Source: Savitreella phatthalungensis (taxonomy: Eukaryota). Taken from it: DNA of 64,000 bases. A program made the position numbers and the translations under genes. The stretch covers positions 124,001 through 188,000 of the forward strand of contig AP039698.1 of the NCBI GenBank assembly GCA_051599415.1. Direction: 5' to 3'. Shown here piece after piece: positions 42,397 through 53,900 of this stretch. The stretch's first letter is position 1, and every line of letters begins with the position of its first letter. The notes under the pieces were generated by a model. It was not told the origin of the DNA and ran no database searches. It saw nothing but the letters and a program-made list of their open reading frames with translations.

Positions 42397-44126
42397 GATG
42401 ATGTTGTTGAGGGATACCTGTGCGTGTGTGTATTTGTGTATGTACTTGTGTGTATACAATTAGAGAGATCCCATGTGATTTGAGTAGCTTCAGCTCTGTA
42501 TTGTTGTGCTGGCTCTGTACTTTCATCTAAAATTTCCACAGTAGAATTGACCTGCGAGTTTGGTCTTATTTTTCCTTCCCTTCTATACTGAGATTGTTTG
42601 GACCGCTTGGATTGATGACGATTTCCAGCTCGATTGAATTGGATATTTCTTCTTCCCCCTTTACCAACACCTCATTTGAGAAGTGAAGCTTGAACAGTTC
42701 CTCCCCTTCTGGGATCCTTTCTTATCCTTCCTCTCTCTGCGTCCAGGTCTCACTTCACTTTCAAAACTTCTGACTGTATCGGGAGTCTGTAGGGTCATGC
42801 TCTTTTGGGTCAAACTTGCAAGGCTCAGACTCGGCATTTCTCTCGTTCCACAGAAGCTGGAAGGTGATCATCCAGCAAGTGGACGCCGCAGGTTCTGTAA
42901 TCTAATGTCTTGGCTTTCTCTACTCTAGAACGTCCACAAATACTGTGTGCATGGTACATGGTCCATGGTAGCTGAAACGCCAAGAGTCTTTCTTGAAATA
43001 AGATCAATCTAGATGCGGAATCCCAGGTGATTGAATCACTTACTCACTTACGCGGTCACTGGATTGCTCCTGCACAGTTGCTTACCTTTTCAGCTTGTGC
43101 AGGAGAAGCAATGATTGACAGGAAATTTTATTTACGATTCGACTTTCTGCCTTTATCGATCTGAGCCGTGTCAACCATATCATCCTGGCGTCACGTCAAA
43201 TTTGAAAGAGTGATGCAGTCGATTGGATTGAGAACACAGCTGTTTTGAATTGATTCCTAAATTAGACAATCAACTAAATCCCAGACTCTCTACCCGATCC
43301 CTTCCCCAAATCCAAACTCCTGGTTCGTTCAGTATCCCCTGCTCATCTGTTGACCTGAAACGCTGGAACAGATCATCGAAGTCCGGACATTGGCCAATCC
43401 GATGTTTTGAATAGTGAAAACCCCTGCGTGCCTGTCGAAACTGTAATCCCTCCAGTTTCCTTCCCCCACACACATACACACACGCCGGTGGGAGTCAATA
43501 CGGTCAAAGGGGGAGTCTCCCGAGGAATGCGGTCACAGGGGTTTACATCCGTCATACTCCACAACCCACTATCCACACAGACAATCAAGCTGCTGTAAGA
43601 TAGAGTGTCCTATTCATCATCCACCTACCTACCTGCCTTGGTCTGTGATATGTAAATGTGTGGGAAAGGTGCTTTCGAGATGCAGTCATGAAGGTGCACA
43701 CGCAAACAGCCTTGGTGATGCATGCACTAGCTCAGCTGTCATCTGTCGGTTTTGAGGGCAGATGGGATATGCTCCAGGCGGACCGGACCGTCTGTGCGGG
43801 CTCTCGGGAGACAGATCTGCACTTACAAGGATGACATCGCTAGCGTGATGCAGCTGCGAATCTTATCTTCTCAAATTGCCGGATCATCCGGAATTCCACG
43901 CATCCGCGCACGCGAGCTCGCATGCATTTGTCCTTCGTGTCAAGTGGCCTCTGCATCATACCCAGAGGATCCCGATTCTAATGCTGCCCAGACGATCAAA
44001 CCCCTTCCTGCATGCATGCTAGCCCTGTTGTGCACACCCATACATATTCGCGCTCTTGCACGGATGCACGTGCAGCGGCAAATGTCCAGGCGCCCAGCTC
44101 TAGATTGAGTTGCAATCGCCGCACTT

Positions 44127-45686
44127 TTAGAAGGCGCCAGCGACGCCTGCTAGACTCTCGCCGTTGTGTGTGCGCCTGATGGCTTCTGCTAGGACTGGTG
44201 AGATGTCGATGATTGCTAGTTTGGTGGAGGCTTTGAGTTGGGCTGGTGTGAGTGGGTAGGTGTTTGTGACGGCGATTTTGTGGATGCAGGAACAGGCTTC
44301 CATCTGCTGTAGACATTCTCCCTGGAAGAGCCCGTGGGTGGCGACGACAAAGACCTGTGCGGCGCCGCAGTTCTTGACCAGGTGTTCTGCAGCAGCCACA
44401 AAGCTCGCAGCGCTGTCGCACATGTCGTCCACAATCAGAGCAGTCTTGTCGTACACGTCCCCCACGAGCGTGATCATTCGCTCGACCACACCAACACCTC
44501 CAGCTGCCTCCGTCAGACCTTCCTCGTCCTCTTCGTCGCTCATCGTGTCGCCCTCGATCGGACCTGCAAGCGCGTGCGCTTGCCCGTGCATGTGGTCTGA
44601 CATGGTCGATAGGAACGACATGGTCATTGGGTCGTGAGTGGTGCCGTTGGTGGATGATGATTCCGAGTCCCTCCGACGGCCGTTTGACGACACGGCCTCG
44701 TAGTCCTCGTCGACCACGTGGCCGCTGATAAGGCGAGCGGTATGAATCTCTGTGTACGCGTCGTACCGGAGCCGTTTCGACGGCGATTGGTTCCTGCGCG
44801 ATAGATTGGTCCTGCCCGATCTGCCGGTCCGCGCAGTCTCGCGGGACGCGACAGACCCAACGGATCGAGTGTCTGCCTCGTGCGACAACCTGCGCAAACC
44901 CTCGAGACGTGCGTCCGCCGCAGTCTCGCCAGACACGGACCGCTCAATCTCATTCGTCTCGTCATCGTCATCGTCGTTAGATTCATCATCATCATCGTCT
45001 TCCTCCTCAGTCTCTGCCTCCTCGTCAGATGTAACAGACACAGCTCGCGAGGCGCCAGCGTAGTGACTTGGAAGCCAGGGTGCCTGCGGTCTCCGACGCC
45101 GGTCTGTATGGATGAGTGCGAAATTGACCTTGAGAGCGTCTGCCATGGAGGTGACGCGTTTTGCGCCGCCTGGGTTCTTCGAGACGATCACGGCGTCCCT
45201 CCACCCATCCACGTTCTCCTTGATCCAGCGAACGATGGCCGGCTCCGCGTACAGATTGTCCACGGGAACCTGGAAGAAGCCCTGCATCTGGGAGGCGTGG
45301 AGGTCCATGGTGATGATATGGTCAACTCCTGCGACAGATAGCAAGTTGGCCACCATCTTGGCGGCAATACACCCACGATGCTTCTTCATCTTCGACTGCT
45401 TGACGTATGGAAAGTACGGCAGGACTGCGGTCACTCGTGACGCCGAAGCGCCCTTGCACGCCGAGAGGAGGATCAGCAGCTCCATCAGGTGGTCGTTCAC
45501 CGTTTGTGAACCACTCTGGATGACAAACGTGTCTGTGTCCCGAACACTGACGCCAATTTCAACCGAAGTCTCCTCATTCGAGAATCGGCCGAGCTTGACC
45601 GGCGCAGGCTCGACACCGAGTCGTGCACAGACGGCATTGCTCAGGACCGGGTGACTGGAGCCTGCGATGATTTTGCACTTTCGCAT
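44127..45686 (-). CDS. PRS1: Ribose-phosphate pyrophosphokinase, Prs1 subtype with a long non-homologous insertion
   Basis: MRKCKI..SHP, PYFPYVKQSKMKKHRG, DLHASQMQGFF, an acidic insertion after IHTDRRR and ITLVGDV..IVDDM. Confidence 0.93.
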   Translation of the reverse strand: MRKCKIIAGSSHPVLSNAVCARLGVEPAPVKLGRFSNEETSVEIGVSVRDTDTFVIQSGSQTVNDHLMELLILLSACKGASASRVTAVLPYFPYVKQSKMKKHRGCIAAKMVANLLSVAGVDHIITMDLHASQMQGFFQVPVDNLYAEPAIVRWIKENVDGWRDAVIVSKNPGGAKRVTSMADALKVNFALIHTDRRRRPQAPWLPSHYAGASRAVSVTSDEEAETEEEDDDDDESNDDDDDETNEIERSVSGETAADARLEGLRRLSHEADTRSVGSVASRETARTGRSGRTNLSRRNQSPSKRLRYDAYTEIHTARLISGHVVDEDYEAVSSNGRRRDSESSSTNGTTHDPMTMSFLSTMSDHMHGQAHALAGPIEGDTMSDEEDEEGLTEAAGGVGVVERMITLVGDVYDKTALIVDDMCDSAASFVAAAEHLVKNCGAAQVFVVATHGLFQGECLQQMEACSCIHKIAVTNTYPLTPAQLKASTKLAIIDISPVLAEAIRRTHNGESLAGVAGAF

Positions 45687-45900
45687 CTCGACAAGGGGGT
45701 GAAAGTATCGTTACTCACAAGAGCATGATGGTTGTGGATGCTGCGCTGGATTGCGAGGGTATAGAATGGTCTTTGAAGGGGCAGACGACACTTTGACTCA
45801 AGGGAAGTCTCGTGAAGTTGTGTGCCATCACTGTGATAATCTGTATGTCTGGATTTGGCTGCATCGAATGAGTGAGTCTGTATGTGAGAGGGTACCGTGA

Positions 45901-45931
45901 ACTGTGGACTGTGGACTGTGGACTGTGGACT
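45901..45931. repeat. (ACTGTGG)4 heptamer tandem repeat upstream of PRS1
   Basis: actgtgg x4 followed by act. Confidence 0.9.
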
Positions 45932-46278
45932 ATGACAAAATTCAGGGATCTTTTCTCGTGCACTGAACAATTAAATAAACAATTGATTGATAATCCAAAG
46001 GTATAGGAAACTATAGAGATTGAGACTATCATTGAAGATAAGAACATAAATTTAATCTATATCTGGCTCAGATGGATACTGGATGAGTTGCTAAATTTAA
46101 AAATTCAGAATCTCTTCTCTAGATTTAATTCTTCTCTCTTGTTTGACTTGAATCATTCGAATGCAGGCCTGCGTTTCTCAAAGAACTTTCATTTGCACGT
46201 GTGTGAATGAATCAATCGTGTTTCAGCTCAGTTTCAGTCTGTTCCTCCGAATTGTGCACATGCCACTCCTCCGTAGCT

Positions 46279-46309
46279 TCCATCCATCCATCCATCCATC
46301 CATCCATCC
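46279..46309. repeat. (CCAT)n microsatellite upstream of the NAB3-like gene
   Basis: About 7 tandem CCAT units. Confidence 0.88.
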
Positions 46310-46446
46310 ACCCACCTAACCCTACTACCATCAACGTCACCACAGACGCTCCATTCTCAAACACCCCTCTCTGCTTATATTTTGAAGATCTAGTGTAAAA
46401 AAGCGGATCCTTCCCTTGTCAGGAGCATCTTCCTGGACTCATTCGT

Positions 46447-48762
46447 ATGGCAGAAGAAGTGTCTTCGCCAGAGCCAATCAAGCTCGAAAATCTTGCACCA
46501 GTCAGTGATGGGGAAGCGCTCTCCTCAGTTGTTGCGCCGCTAGAAGAGCAAGCAGATGCCACAGATGCAGCTCGTGATGCTTCTGAATCTGCTGAAAATG
46601 TCGTTCAAGAGGTAGCTGCACAGTCAAAGTCCGCGCTCGAGCAGAATGTCCTTCCATCTGACCAGCAACCCACATCAGACGAACCTTCAATTGCTGTCGT
46701 GGCCAATGACGAAGATTGTGAGCCAGCCGCAGATATTGAACAGAGCCAGGAAGATGACGCGGTATCCAGTGTTGCCGATCATGAAGCTTCTGAAGAGGCA
46801 GTCCCTCAGGGTGCTGCACCTGAGTCAGAAAACGTTTCCGTACCTCCTACAGAGCCTGTTGCGCCAGAGTCTGCGCCTGTCATGCCATCAGATCAGCCTG
46901 CATTCGATCAGTCTTCTGATGAACCTGTCGTACAGGAGTCTGCACCTGATGCATCTGCAGATGCACTTCCTACGACCGAACCAGAACCAGCTTCATCTGC
47001 CGAGGCTCCTGTGGATGTCAGTGCCCTTCTATCAAGCTTTGCGGCGACCGCGCCCAAGCCCCTAAGTGAGAGCGAGACGCAACCGCCTGCAATGATTGCA
47101 CCGTGGCAAACAGCTGCGTCCAGGCCTGCCGAGACTCCAACCATTCCAACTGGCCCTGCTGCAAGTCATGTATCTGAGACATCGCCCACCGCCACGCCCT
47201 CCGCTGCTAAAGATCCTACTGTTGTGACCGAGGCGATCGAGACCGGTATTAGTGCCGAAGAAGCTGATCGTGTGTTTGACGCGTTTGTGGAGGAAGAGCG
47301 TCGTGTTACGGCTGTCAAGGCGCCTGCTGACTTCCCGCCCGGGACACGCTTGTTCGTGGGAAACCTCGATGGTGGCCACGGTTCCTCCGGCAGACGTGAC
47401 CGCGGTGGTGGTCACCAGGCTAACAATCTTGTGAGTAAGCGCGATGTCTTCTTCGCCTTCCGCAAGTTCGGAACGCTCGTGGCCGTCAGTCTCAAGTCGT
47501 CCTATGGATTTGTCCAATTCGAGAATGCCACAGACTGTGCCAAAGCCCTCTCTGCCCATATCGAGATCAAGGGCCGCCGAATTAATTGTGAAGTCTCGAA
47601 ACCGCCTGGGTCCGCACGCGCCGGCAAGGCCGACGCTAGAGACCGATCGAGATCACCTGGTCGCCGCAATCGCGGAGGACGAGGTTCAGGTGATGACTAC
47701 ATCCCAGACTATACGCGTGATCGCCGGCGGGATGACCTGCCTGTCAACAGTTTCGGTGGCGGCAGCGGACCAGGACGGATGTTTGGCCAGTCCAGCGGAC
47801 AACCTGTGCGTGCACAGTATCAGGCCTCGCCTCCGCCTGGCTCATCTCTCCCCTCGGGACCGGCATCGAGCCGTAACGGCGGCAGTGGATACGGTCACGT
47901 CGATCCGCGCGCACAATCGTACGGTCGTGGAGCTCCGCCGCCGCCACTACCGCCGATGCCCCAGGTCGCTCGTGCACCGACTCCACCACCCGTCCTGCCG
48001 CCGATGCGGTACGGTCGGGAGGTGCCAGACGTCCAGATCGTGGTGATTGACGGTGACTCGGCGGATCGCGGGTACGTCGAGTGGGTCCGCAGTGTGTTTA
48101 CCGCCACTCCTGCTCCGACGAGTACAGGTCGCCTGTCCTGTGAAACGTTCGGTCTTTCCACGAGGACGCCGCCGCTGCGGAGCCTCGCACACCAGTGGAT
48201 CTCAGAAGGTGTGGCGGCCATCTGCTTCTGCGAGACGCGGCTTCAGTACGCTGGCAACAAGGTCGACATCCAGGTATTCGACCGATCGAGGGTGCCCACC
48301 TCCCACGGACCACAGAGGCCAGAGCAAGTACCCTTCGACGAGCACCAGTCGCTCGATCCTCCTGCAGCAGCACAATTCGTCGTCAGCAGGATCCAGCGTG
48401 CGTTACCACCGCCTCCGCTTCCACCCCAGCCGTCCTACGGTAGCGCTGGAGGATACAGCCAGCAGATGCCGAGCGGTTCTGGTGGTGGGGGAGACGCAGG
48501 CGGCCTCGCTGCCATGATCTCCCGCATGGATCCATCCCAACTCCAGCAGGTCATGAGCGTCCTCTCCTCCCAAGCAGGCTCAAACCCGCAAGCGCCCTCA
48601 CACCATCAACAGCAGCAGGGGTACCCTATGCAGCAACAACAGCAGCAACATGGATACCAGCCCTACCCGCAGCAGCAGCAACAACAATCACAACCGCAAT
48701 CACAGTACCCGAACCCGCAAGCGCAGATCGATGCGGTCATGCGCTCACTCGGTCGCCGCTAA
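46447..48762 (+). CDS. NAB3: Nab3-like RNA-binding protein (acidic N-terminus, RRM, anticodon-binding-like domain, Q/P-rich tail)
   Basis: FPPGTRLFVGNL (RNP2), YGFVQF (RNP1), INCEVSKP, VPDVQIVV..YVEWV..F and a poly-Q C-terminus. Confidence 0.8.
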   Translation: MAEEVSSPEPIKLENLAPVSDGEALSSVVAPLEEQADATDAARDASESAENVVQEVAAQSKSALEQNVLPSDQQPTSDEPSIAVVANDEDCEPAADIEQSQEDDAVSSVADHEASEEAVPQGAAPESENVSVPPTEPVAPESAPVMPSDQPAFDQSSDEPVVQESAPDASADALPTTEPEPASSAEAPVDVSALLSSFAATAPKPLSESETQPPAMIAPWQTAASRPAETPTIPTGPAASHVSETSPTATPSAAKDPTVVTEAIETGISAEEADRVFDAFVEEERRVTAVKAPADFPPGTRLFVGNLDGGHGSSGRRDRGGGHQANNLVSKRDVFFAFRKFGTLVAVSLKSSYGFVQFENATDCAKALSAHIEIKGRRINCEVSKPPGSARAGKADARDRSRSPGRRNRGGRGSGDDYIPDYTRDRRRDDLPVNSFGGGSGPGRMFGQSSGQPVRAQYQASPPPGSSLPSGPASSRNGGSGYGHVDPRAQSYGRGAPPPPLPPMPQVARAPTPPPVLPPMRYGREVPDVQIVVIDGDSADRGYVEWVRSVFTATPAPTSTGRLSCETFGLSTRTPPLRSLAHQWISEGVAAICFCETRLQYAGNKVDIQVFDRSRVPTSHGPQRPEQVPFDEHQSLDPPAAAQFVVSRIQRALPPPPLPPQPSYGSAGGYSQQMPSGSGGGGDAGGLAAMISRMDPSQLQQVMSVLSSQAGSNPQAPSHHQQQQGYPMQQQQQQHGYQPYPQQQQQQSQPQSQYPNPQAQIDAVMRSLGRR

Positions 48763-48840
48763 AAAGTGATCTCACCGTCATGTGTACACGCGTGTATGTA
48801 TAATTCATCTATATAGACCTGAATGAGAGTTTGGTCTGTG

Positions 48841-49854
48841 TCACCTGTGTGTGGGTAGCGTCTCGTTGGTATTTGCGTTGGCAAAGTAGGGCGTGCGATT
48901 AGACAGCTTCGGTGAGCCGATCGGTGTCGCAAGCGCTGGCGTATGCGTCGCTATCCACTCTGCATGCATCCCAACAATCCTATCGACGAGCGGTTTCTCA
49001 ATCTCGGACGTCGAATCCACCGTCAACCGATCCTCGCCCCGTTCCGTCACCAGCAACACCTCCGTCGCCCTCGTCGCCAAGATGTTCGCAACCACACACT
49101 GGTGACCGTACGTCCTCAACGACGCCTGCGCCTTCGGCACCAGCAGCGCAGGATCAGTCTCCAGCTTGAATGAGACCAAGAACGCTCGCGGCGCCCAACC
49201 ATCCTCGACCAGCGTCTGGAGTACCTTTGGAGCCCTGTAGAGCGAGAGCTCCAACGTCGTTGCCCCACCATCCGCTGGCGCGGATGACGATGACTGGATC
49301 TTGTGTTCGGGCAGTCGATCGTCCGGGACGACAAAGTCGCTGACGGCTGCAGCCAAGTAGAACATGACGCGTGAGTTGTAGGGCCTCAGGAGGAGTGCGA
49401 TTGTCCTGAGGAGGTGGAGGTACTCGTGGACTGTGGTGAAGTGGAGGAGGTGGAGTGTCCGGTGTTCTCTGACGTGCGCATACCGAGCGACGACCGGTGC
49501 CAGCCTGTGCGAGAGCGACGCGTCCAGACGGAGCGTTCCGTCTGGCTCGGCGACCAGGTGGTCGAGCAGCGACGTCCGACCGTGCGTGTACGCGCGCGAG
49601 AACGGCTGCAGGCTGAACTGCCGGTGCACGAAGATGACCGCGTACCCGTGCGCGAGAAAGTACTCGGCAGACGTCGCACCGCGCGTCCCAGCAGAGAAGT
49701 TGTCGATAAACCTGACATTCGACCGCTCAAGCGGCACTGTCGTCCCACCAGACGTGATCACCACAATCCGTCGTCCACCAGCCACAGCGTCACTTACAAA
49801 CGATCGGCACCCGTCCTCGTCAAACCCAAGTGCACCCAAGTCCGGCAGACCCAT
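48841..49854 (-). CDS. CAB2: Phosphopantothenate--cysteine ligase (CoA biosynthesis)
   Basis: TSGGTTVPLE..VRFIDNFSAGTRGATSAEYF, YLAAAVSDF, HKIQS and VSFKLETD. Confidence 0.95.
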   Translation of the reverse strand: MGLPDLGALGFDEDGCRSFVSDAVAGGRRIVVITSGGTTVPLERSNVRFIDNFSAGTRGATSAEYFLAHGYAVIFVHRQFSLQPFSRAYTHGRTSLLDHLVAEPDGTLRLDASLSHRLAPVVARYAHVREHRTLHLLHFTTVHEYLHLLRTIALLLRPYNSRVMFYLAAAVSDFVVPDDRLPEHKIQSSSSAPADGGATTLELSLYRAPKVLQTLVEDGWAPRAFLVSFKLETDPALLVPKAQASLRTYGHQCVVANILATRATEVLLVTERGEDRLTVDSTSEIEKPLVDRIVGMHAEWIATHTPALATPIGSPKLSNRTPYFANANTNETLPTHR

Positions 49855-50107
49855 CCTCACAGACAGACTGGACCTCACAGGACGTTGCCGAATGCCTGTG
49901 TCAATCTTCCGGCTCCATATTTACTTGACTATTGCCGTGCGTGAATGAGTGAGTGATCAAGTGCATGTGCAGGTCTGTGTGAATTGGTGCAAGGTAGAAG
50001 CAACCACCAAAATTGAGACATCATACACTCCAAAGGACAAGCTAGACTTGACAACTGCTTCGGCTTGACGTTACTGTACGTTACGGCTGGACTTGGACTT
50101 GTCTGGG

Positions 50108-50758
50108 ATGAGTGATGTGAAGGAAGAGACTGATGGAGGTGACGTTGCGACGAGCGGGATTCCGAAAGCGCCATTTGTGGGTACGGTTGAGGAGTTTGTG
50201 ACGTCGTTGTCTGAGGTGGACAAGGTGTTGACGCAGTTCCAGGAGCTGATCTCGAAGTATCGATTCATGCAGGGTTCTCTCGAGAAGACCGGTGATGGAC
50301 TTGCCGATAAGATTCCCGATATTGCAAAGACGCTCGAGACTGTGAGATTTCTGCGGCGGCGGCATGAGCTTGCTTCCCGTGGGGTGGATGACGAGGAAGA
50401 GGAGGATGAGGATGAGGAAGGGCGGGAGGCTGAAGTGGAGGCGGCGAAGAAGCCGCTACGGGTGCACTACGAGCTCGCGGATACGCTTTACGCTGAGGCT
50501 GATGTGGAGGCTGGGTTGAGCACGTGCTGTATCTGGCTGGGAGCGAATGTGATGCTGGAGTATCCGCTGGATGAGGCCGAGGAGATGCTGGCAGATCGAC
50601 TGGCCACCGCAAAGGCCTCCCTCCAGACCACAAAGGCCAGGCAGGAGTTTGTGCGCGAGCAGATTACGACGATGGAGGTCAACACCGCACGCGTCTACAA
50701 CTGGTCGGTAGAACAACGACGCCTCCAGCGCGAGCAGGGTGACGTCGAAGCCAAATGA
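50108..50758 (+). CDS. PAC10: Prefoldin subunit 3
   Basis: GIPKAPFV, ISKYRFM, KIPDI.KTL, WLGANVMLEYPLDEA and EQITTMEVNTARVYNW. Confidence 0.95.
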   Translation: MSDVKEETDGGDVATSGIPKAPFVGTVEEFVTSLSEVDKVLTQFQELISKYRFMQGSLEKTGDGLADKIPDIAKTLETVRFLRRRHELASRGVDDEEEEDEDEEGREAEVEAAKKPLRVHYELADTLYAEADVEAGLSTCCIWLGANVMLEYPLDEAEEMLADRLATAKASLQTTKARQEFVREQITTMEVNTARVYNWSVEQRRLQREQGDVEAK

Positions 50759-50925
50759 GGCCACTGGTTTGACCGACAACGAGCATTTTCCTCACAAACG
50801 CATACCTCTCAACATTGTACATAGAGCATTCTACATGGACGACGACAATACCTATCGTCATGACCTTGTTATGTGTCTTTTCCTCCTTATTTTCCCTCTC
50901 TGCCTTCCTTGGTTTTGTCGTTTTG

Positions 50926-53900
50926 CTAAGCAAGTGAGCTGACAAAGGTTGCCGCCGGACTGAGTTCTGGATCCTGTGTGGCCTGAAGGGCTGAGGTCGC
51001 ATTGGAGGCTGTCTTTTTACGTTTCTTGCTTGGTGATGCTGTTGCTGCGGTGGTAGATCCCGGGGTAGAAACGGCGTGTGGGTCTCGTAGCGGCCGCTTT
51101 TGAGCAGCTGTGATCTTTCCGTTCGGTGGGAGTCGGGGCTTTGGTTTGCGTTGTCGTGGCGGCAGATCCTCGTCCTCGACAAGGGCAAGTACCGTGGCAA
51201 TCGGCACATCGGGTTGCGATTCTGCGGTTGTTCCATCCTCGCCGTCGTTCTCGGAAGGCTGACCAACACCCGTCGGTGGCTGTAGATCGTCAGCGTCCGC
51301 GGTCGCAGCGGGCGTTGGAGCGCCGCCATCGACGGACGCTTCCACGGTGCCATCGATACTTGCCGCCTGTGAGGCAGAGATCGACATGGCGACCGGTCCG
51401 GGTGTGGCTGCCGGTGTGAGAGTCGCAGGCGGAGCCTGGGAGGATGGGAGAACGCCTTCCTGGGCTGCTTCGAGGGCGGCGAATTTGGCCTCGAGGAATG
51501 GCCGGAACAGACCGATTTGCTTGCTCGCATACTCGCGCGTGATTGGCGGAAAACGTCGCTCGAAGTGGTTTCCGACTGGCGTGGTAGGGTCGCCCGTCGT
51601 TCCGACGCCGGATTGCGGTCGGAATCTGCCCTGGAGGAGGCGCAGTGGCACGGATAGGCTTGATAGACCAAACTCTTTGTCGAGGCCTAGCTCCTTGAAC
51701 CCGAAAAAGTCGTCTCCTATCTCGTCGCCAAATGCTCCAGAGACGAACGCGTCCTGGTTGTTCTCGTCAAACATCTGGTTGGGGTCGAGGCCTTGACCAT
51801 CGACTGTGCCGTTGATGAAGTCGTTGAGATATTGTCGGAATCTACCGTGAAGGCCGACGACTTTGTCGTACTTGGTGACCACTTCGTCCTTGGCGTATGC
51901 TTCAAGGGATGCGATGTCTGGAGCGCCCGACTCGAGCAGGGTGTGCTCAAGAATTTCTTCAGGCGTGTAGGTACCCCGAGGTGCCTCCGAGTAGACTTTC
52001 ATGAGCTTGCCGAGGTTGCGAATATAGTCTCCAACCATCTCGGTCATGGCTGCTAGTGCCGGCGATGCAAAGTCCTCAAATCCAGCATGGTATAAAAGTT
52101 GGGATGTCGACTTTCGCAGGAGCGCGCGCGCGAGCTCTTCACCGCACGGCTGGCAGTCAAAACCTTCCTGGAAGACCTGGACCGGCGCGTACTTGAGCTG
52201 CAGCTCAGCCTCGATCCGCTGACGGAAGTAGTTGGCAGGGAAGGCTGACATGCTGGGCTCCTGCATCAGTCGCAGTGTCTCGAGCCGGGTGCAGATATGA
52301 CGGATGTTCTTCATCTCGATCGAGGCCAATTGCATTTTGTTGTTTAGGCCGTTCTCCGCAGGCTCGAACGCCGTGACATCCTCTACAGGCGTGAATCTGA
52401 CTGGACCGACGGCCGTCTCGTCTCCGCGGCCTTGTTCGGGAGGAATGCATGATGGCTCATACTCTCGAATCAACAGCTTCACATTCAGATCACTCTGAGA
52501 ATTCTTGCTCGCGCTCGAGTGGTAGTCATCCTCCGGACTGGTCTCCTTCAGGCGGCTGAAACTCTCGAGGGCAAGCGCGTCGGGAATGTCGACTAATGAC
52601 TGCGGCGTCTGTGTGAGTGCCGTGTGATCTTCTTTCAGTGTGTCGCCTTTGAACAGTTTGTACCGTTCGCTAGTGTAGTTGGCGCGACTTGTCTTGGTCT
52701 TTTGTCGCCAGACTTGGAAGCCGTAGTCCGTCTCGTCAAATGTCTCGTCGTCTTGTTCATTCTGAGCGTTGTTGTGATGCTGGTTGTGCTCGCCAGGAGG
52801 ATGTGCGTCATCTGCCGCTGAACTGCTGGGTAGTGTTTTGGTGGCTTCGTGGCCATCGTCCATCATCGAGATGTCCTGGTCGATGTCTTCCTGCTTCACA
52901 TCGCCATTAGTGTGGCCATTTGCAGAGGGAGGCTGCATGACTGGCTGCATAGGAGGCTGAGAAGAACCTTTCGATTTCTTAGCCTTGCTGGACTTTGACC
53001 CGACGGTGCCTCTGGTGGACTTTGCCACAAGCGGCTTGTCGTCATCCGACTCGGCTCCCGCATTCGCCTCCTCCGCATCGACACCGAACTCCTCTGCCTC
53101 GACTTCCGCCCTGTCGCGCACGACCACGTCTGGCACCATGCTGAGGAGCTGGTGAGACTTACGCTGCATCGCGAGGGCATGCTTTCGCAAAGGATGTTCC
53201 GGTGCAGCATTATAGGTCAGACAGTTCTGCCATATAAGCATGACGTCGTCCGCGAACTCCTTTTTGCTTTTGAACTCGAGATTCTTCAGCTTCTTCATCA
53301 GCGTGCCCAGGTCCATTGGATGCTTGATGATGTTGTAGTAGTCAGGGACGTCGCGCTTCGTGACTTTGTTCAGGAATGCGGTCGAGTGTTCCGTGTATCC
53401 GCGGAGCTCAAGAACAACACGCTCGGCTGCTTCGTACAGCTCTTCCTGCCCAATTTTGTCCTCATTCGCCCACTTTGATCTATTCTTGCGGACTTCGCTG
53501 AGCAGACTGCGGAGCTCGTTGTCGGTCATGGCAAGCTTTTCGCGTGATGCTTCGATTTTTGCGAGTAGATGCTTGAGAGAAAGATTGGCTGCGCCGAAGT
53601 TCATGTTGCTGAATCTCGGATTGCCACCAGCCAGACCTCCTAGAAGACCGTCTTCACCAGATTCGAGGTCGACCTGTCGATCTGCTGCTTCGAGCTTGTG
53701 CTGCTCGAGCATTGCGTGTCGATCGTAGTCAAGGGTATGGTAGCGCGTGTTGAGCTCGTAAGCGAGCACGGAGTCCTCTATCCGGCGATTCTCAATCGCT
53801 GCCGCATCATCCTCGCTCGGTCCCGCATGGCCATTGCGCATCGACGGTGTCGCCGAGCCTGGACGTTGTGACATGGCTGAGCCCGGTCGATCGATGAAGC

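Noticed and set aside
41142..42539. 465-aa minus-strand ORF overlapping WSC1
   Set aside because: It has a non-ATG start, and its HR/LT repeats come from stop-free microsatellites in the WSC1 leader. It overlaps WSC1 in another frame.
50679..51671. 330-aa alternative-frame ORF over the SPT7 3' end
   Set aside because: A shadow ORF of GC-rich coding sequence with no recognisable motifs.
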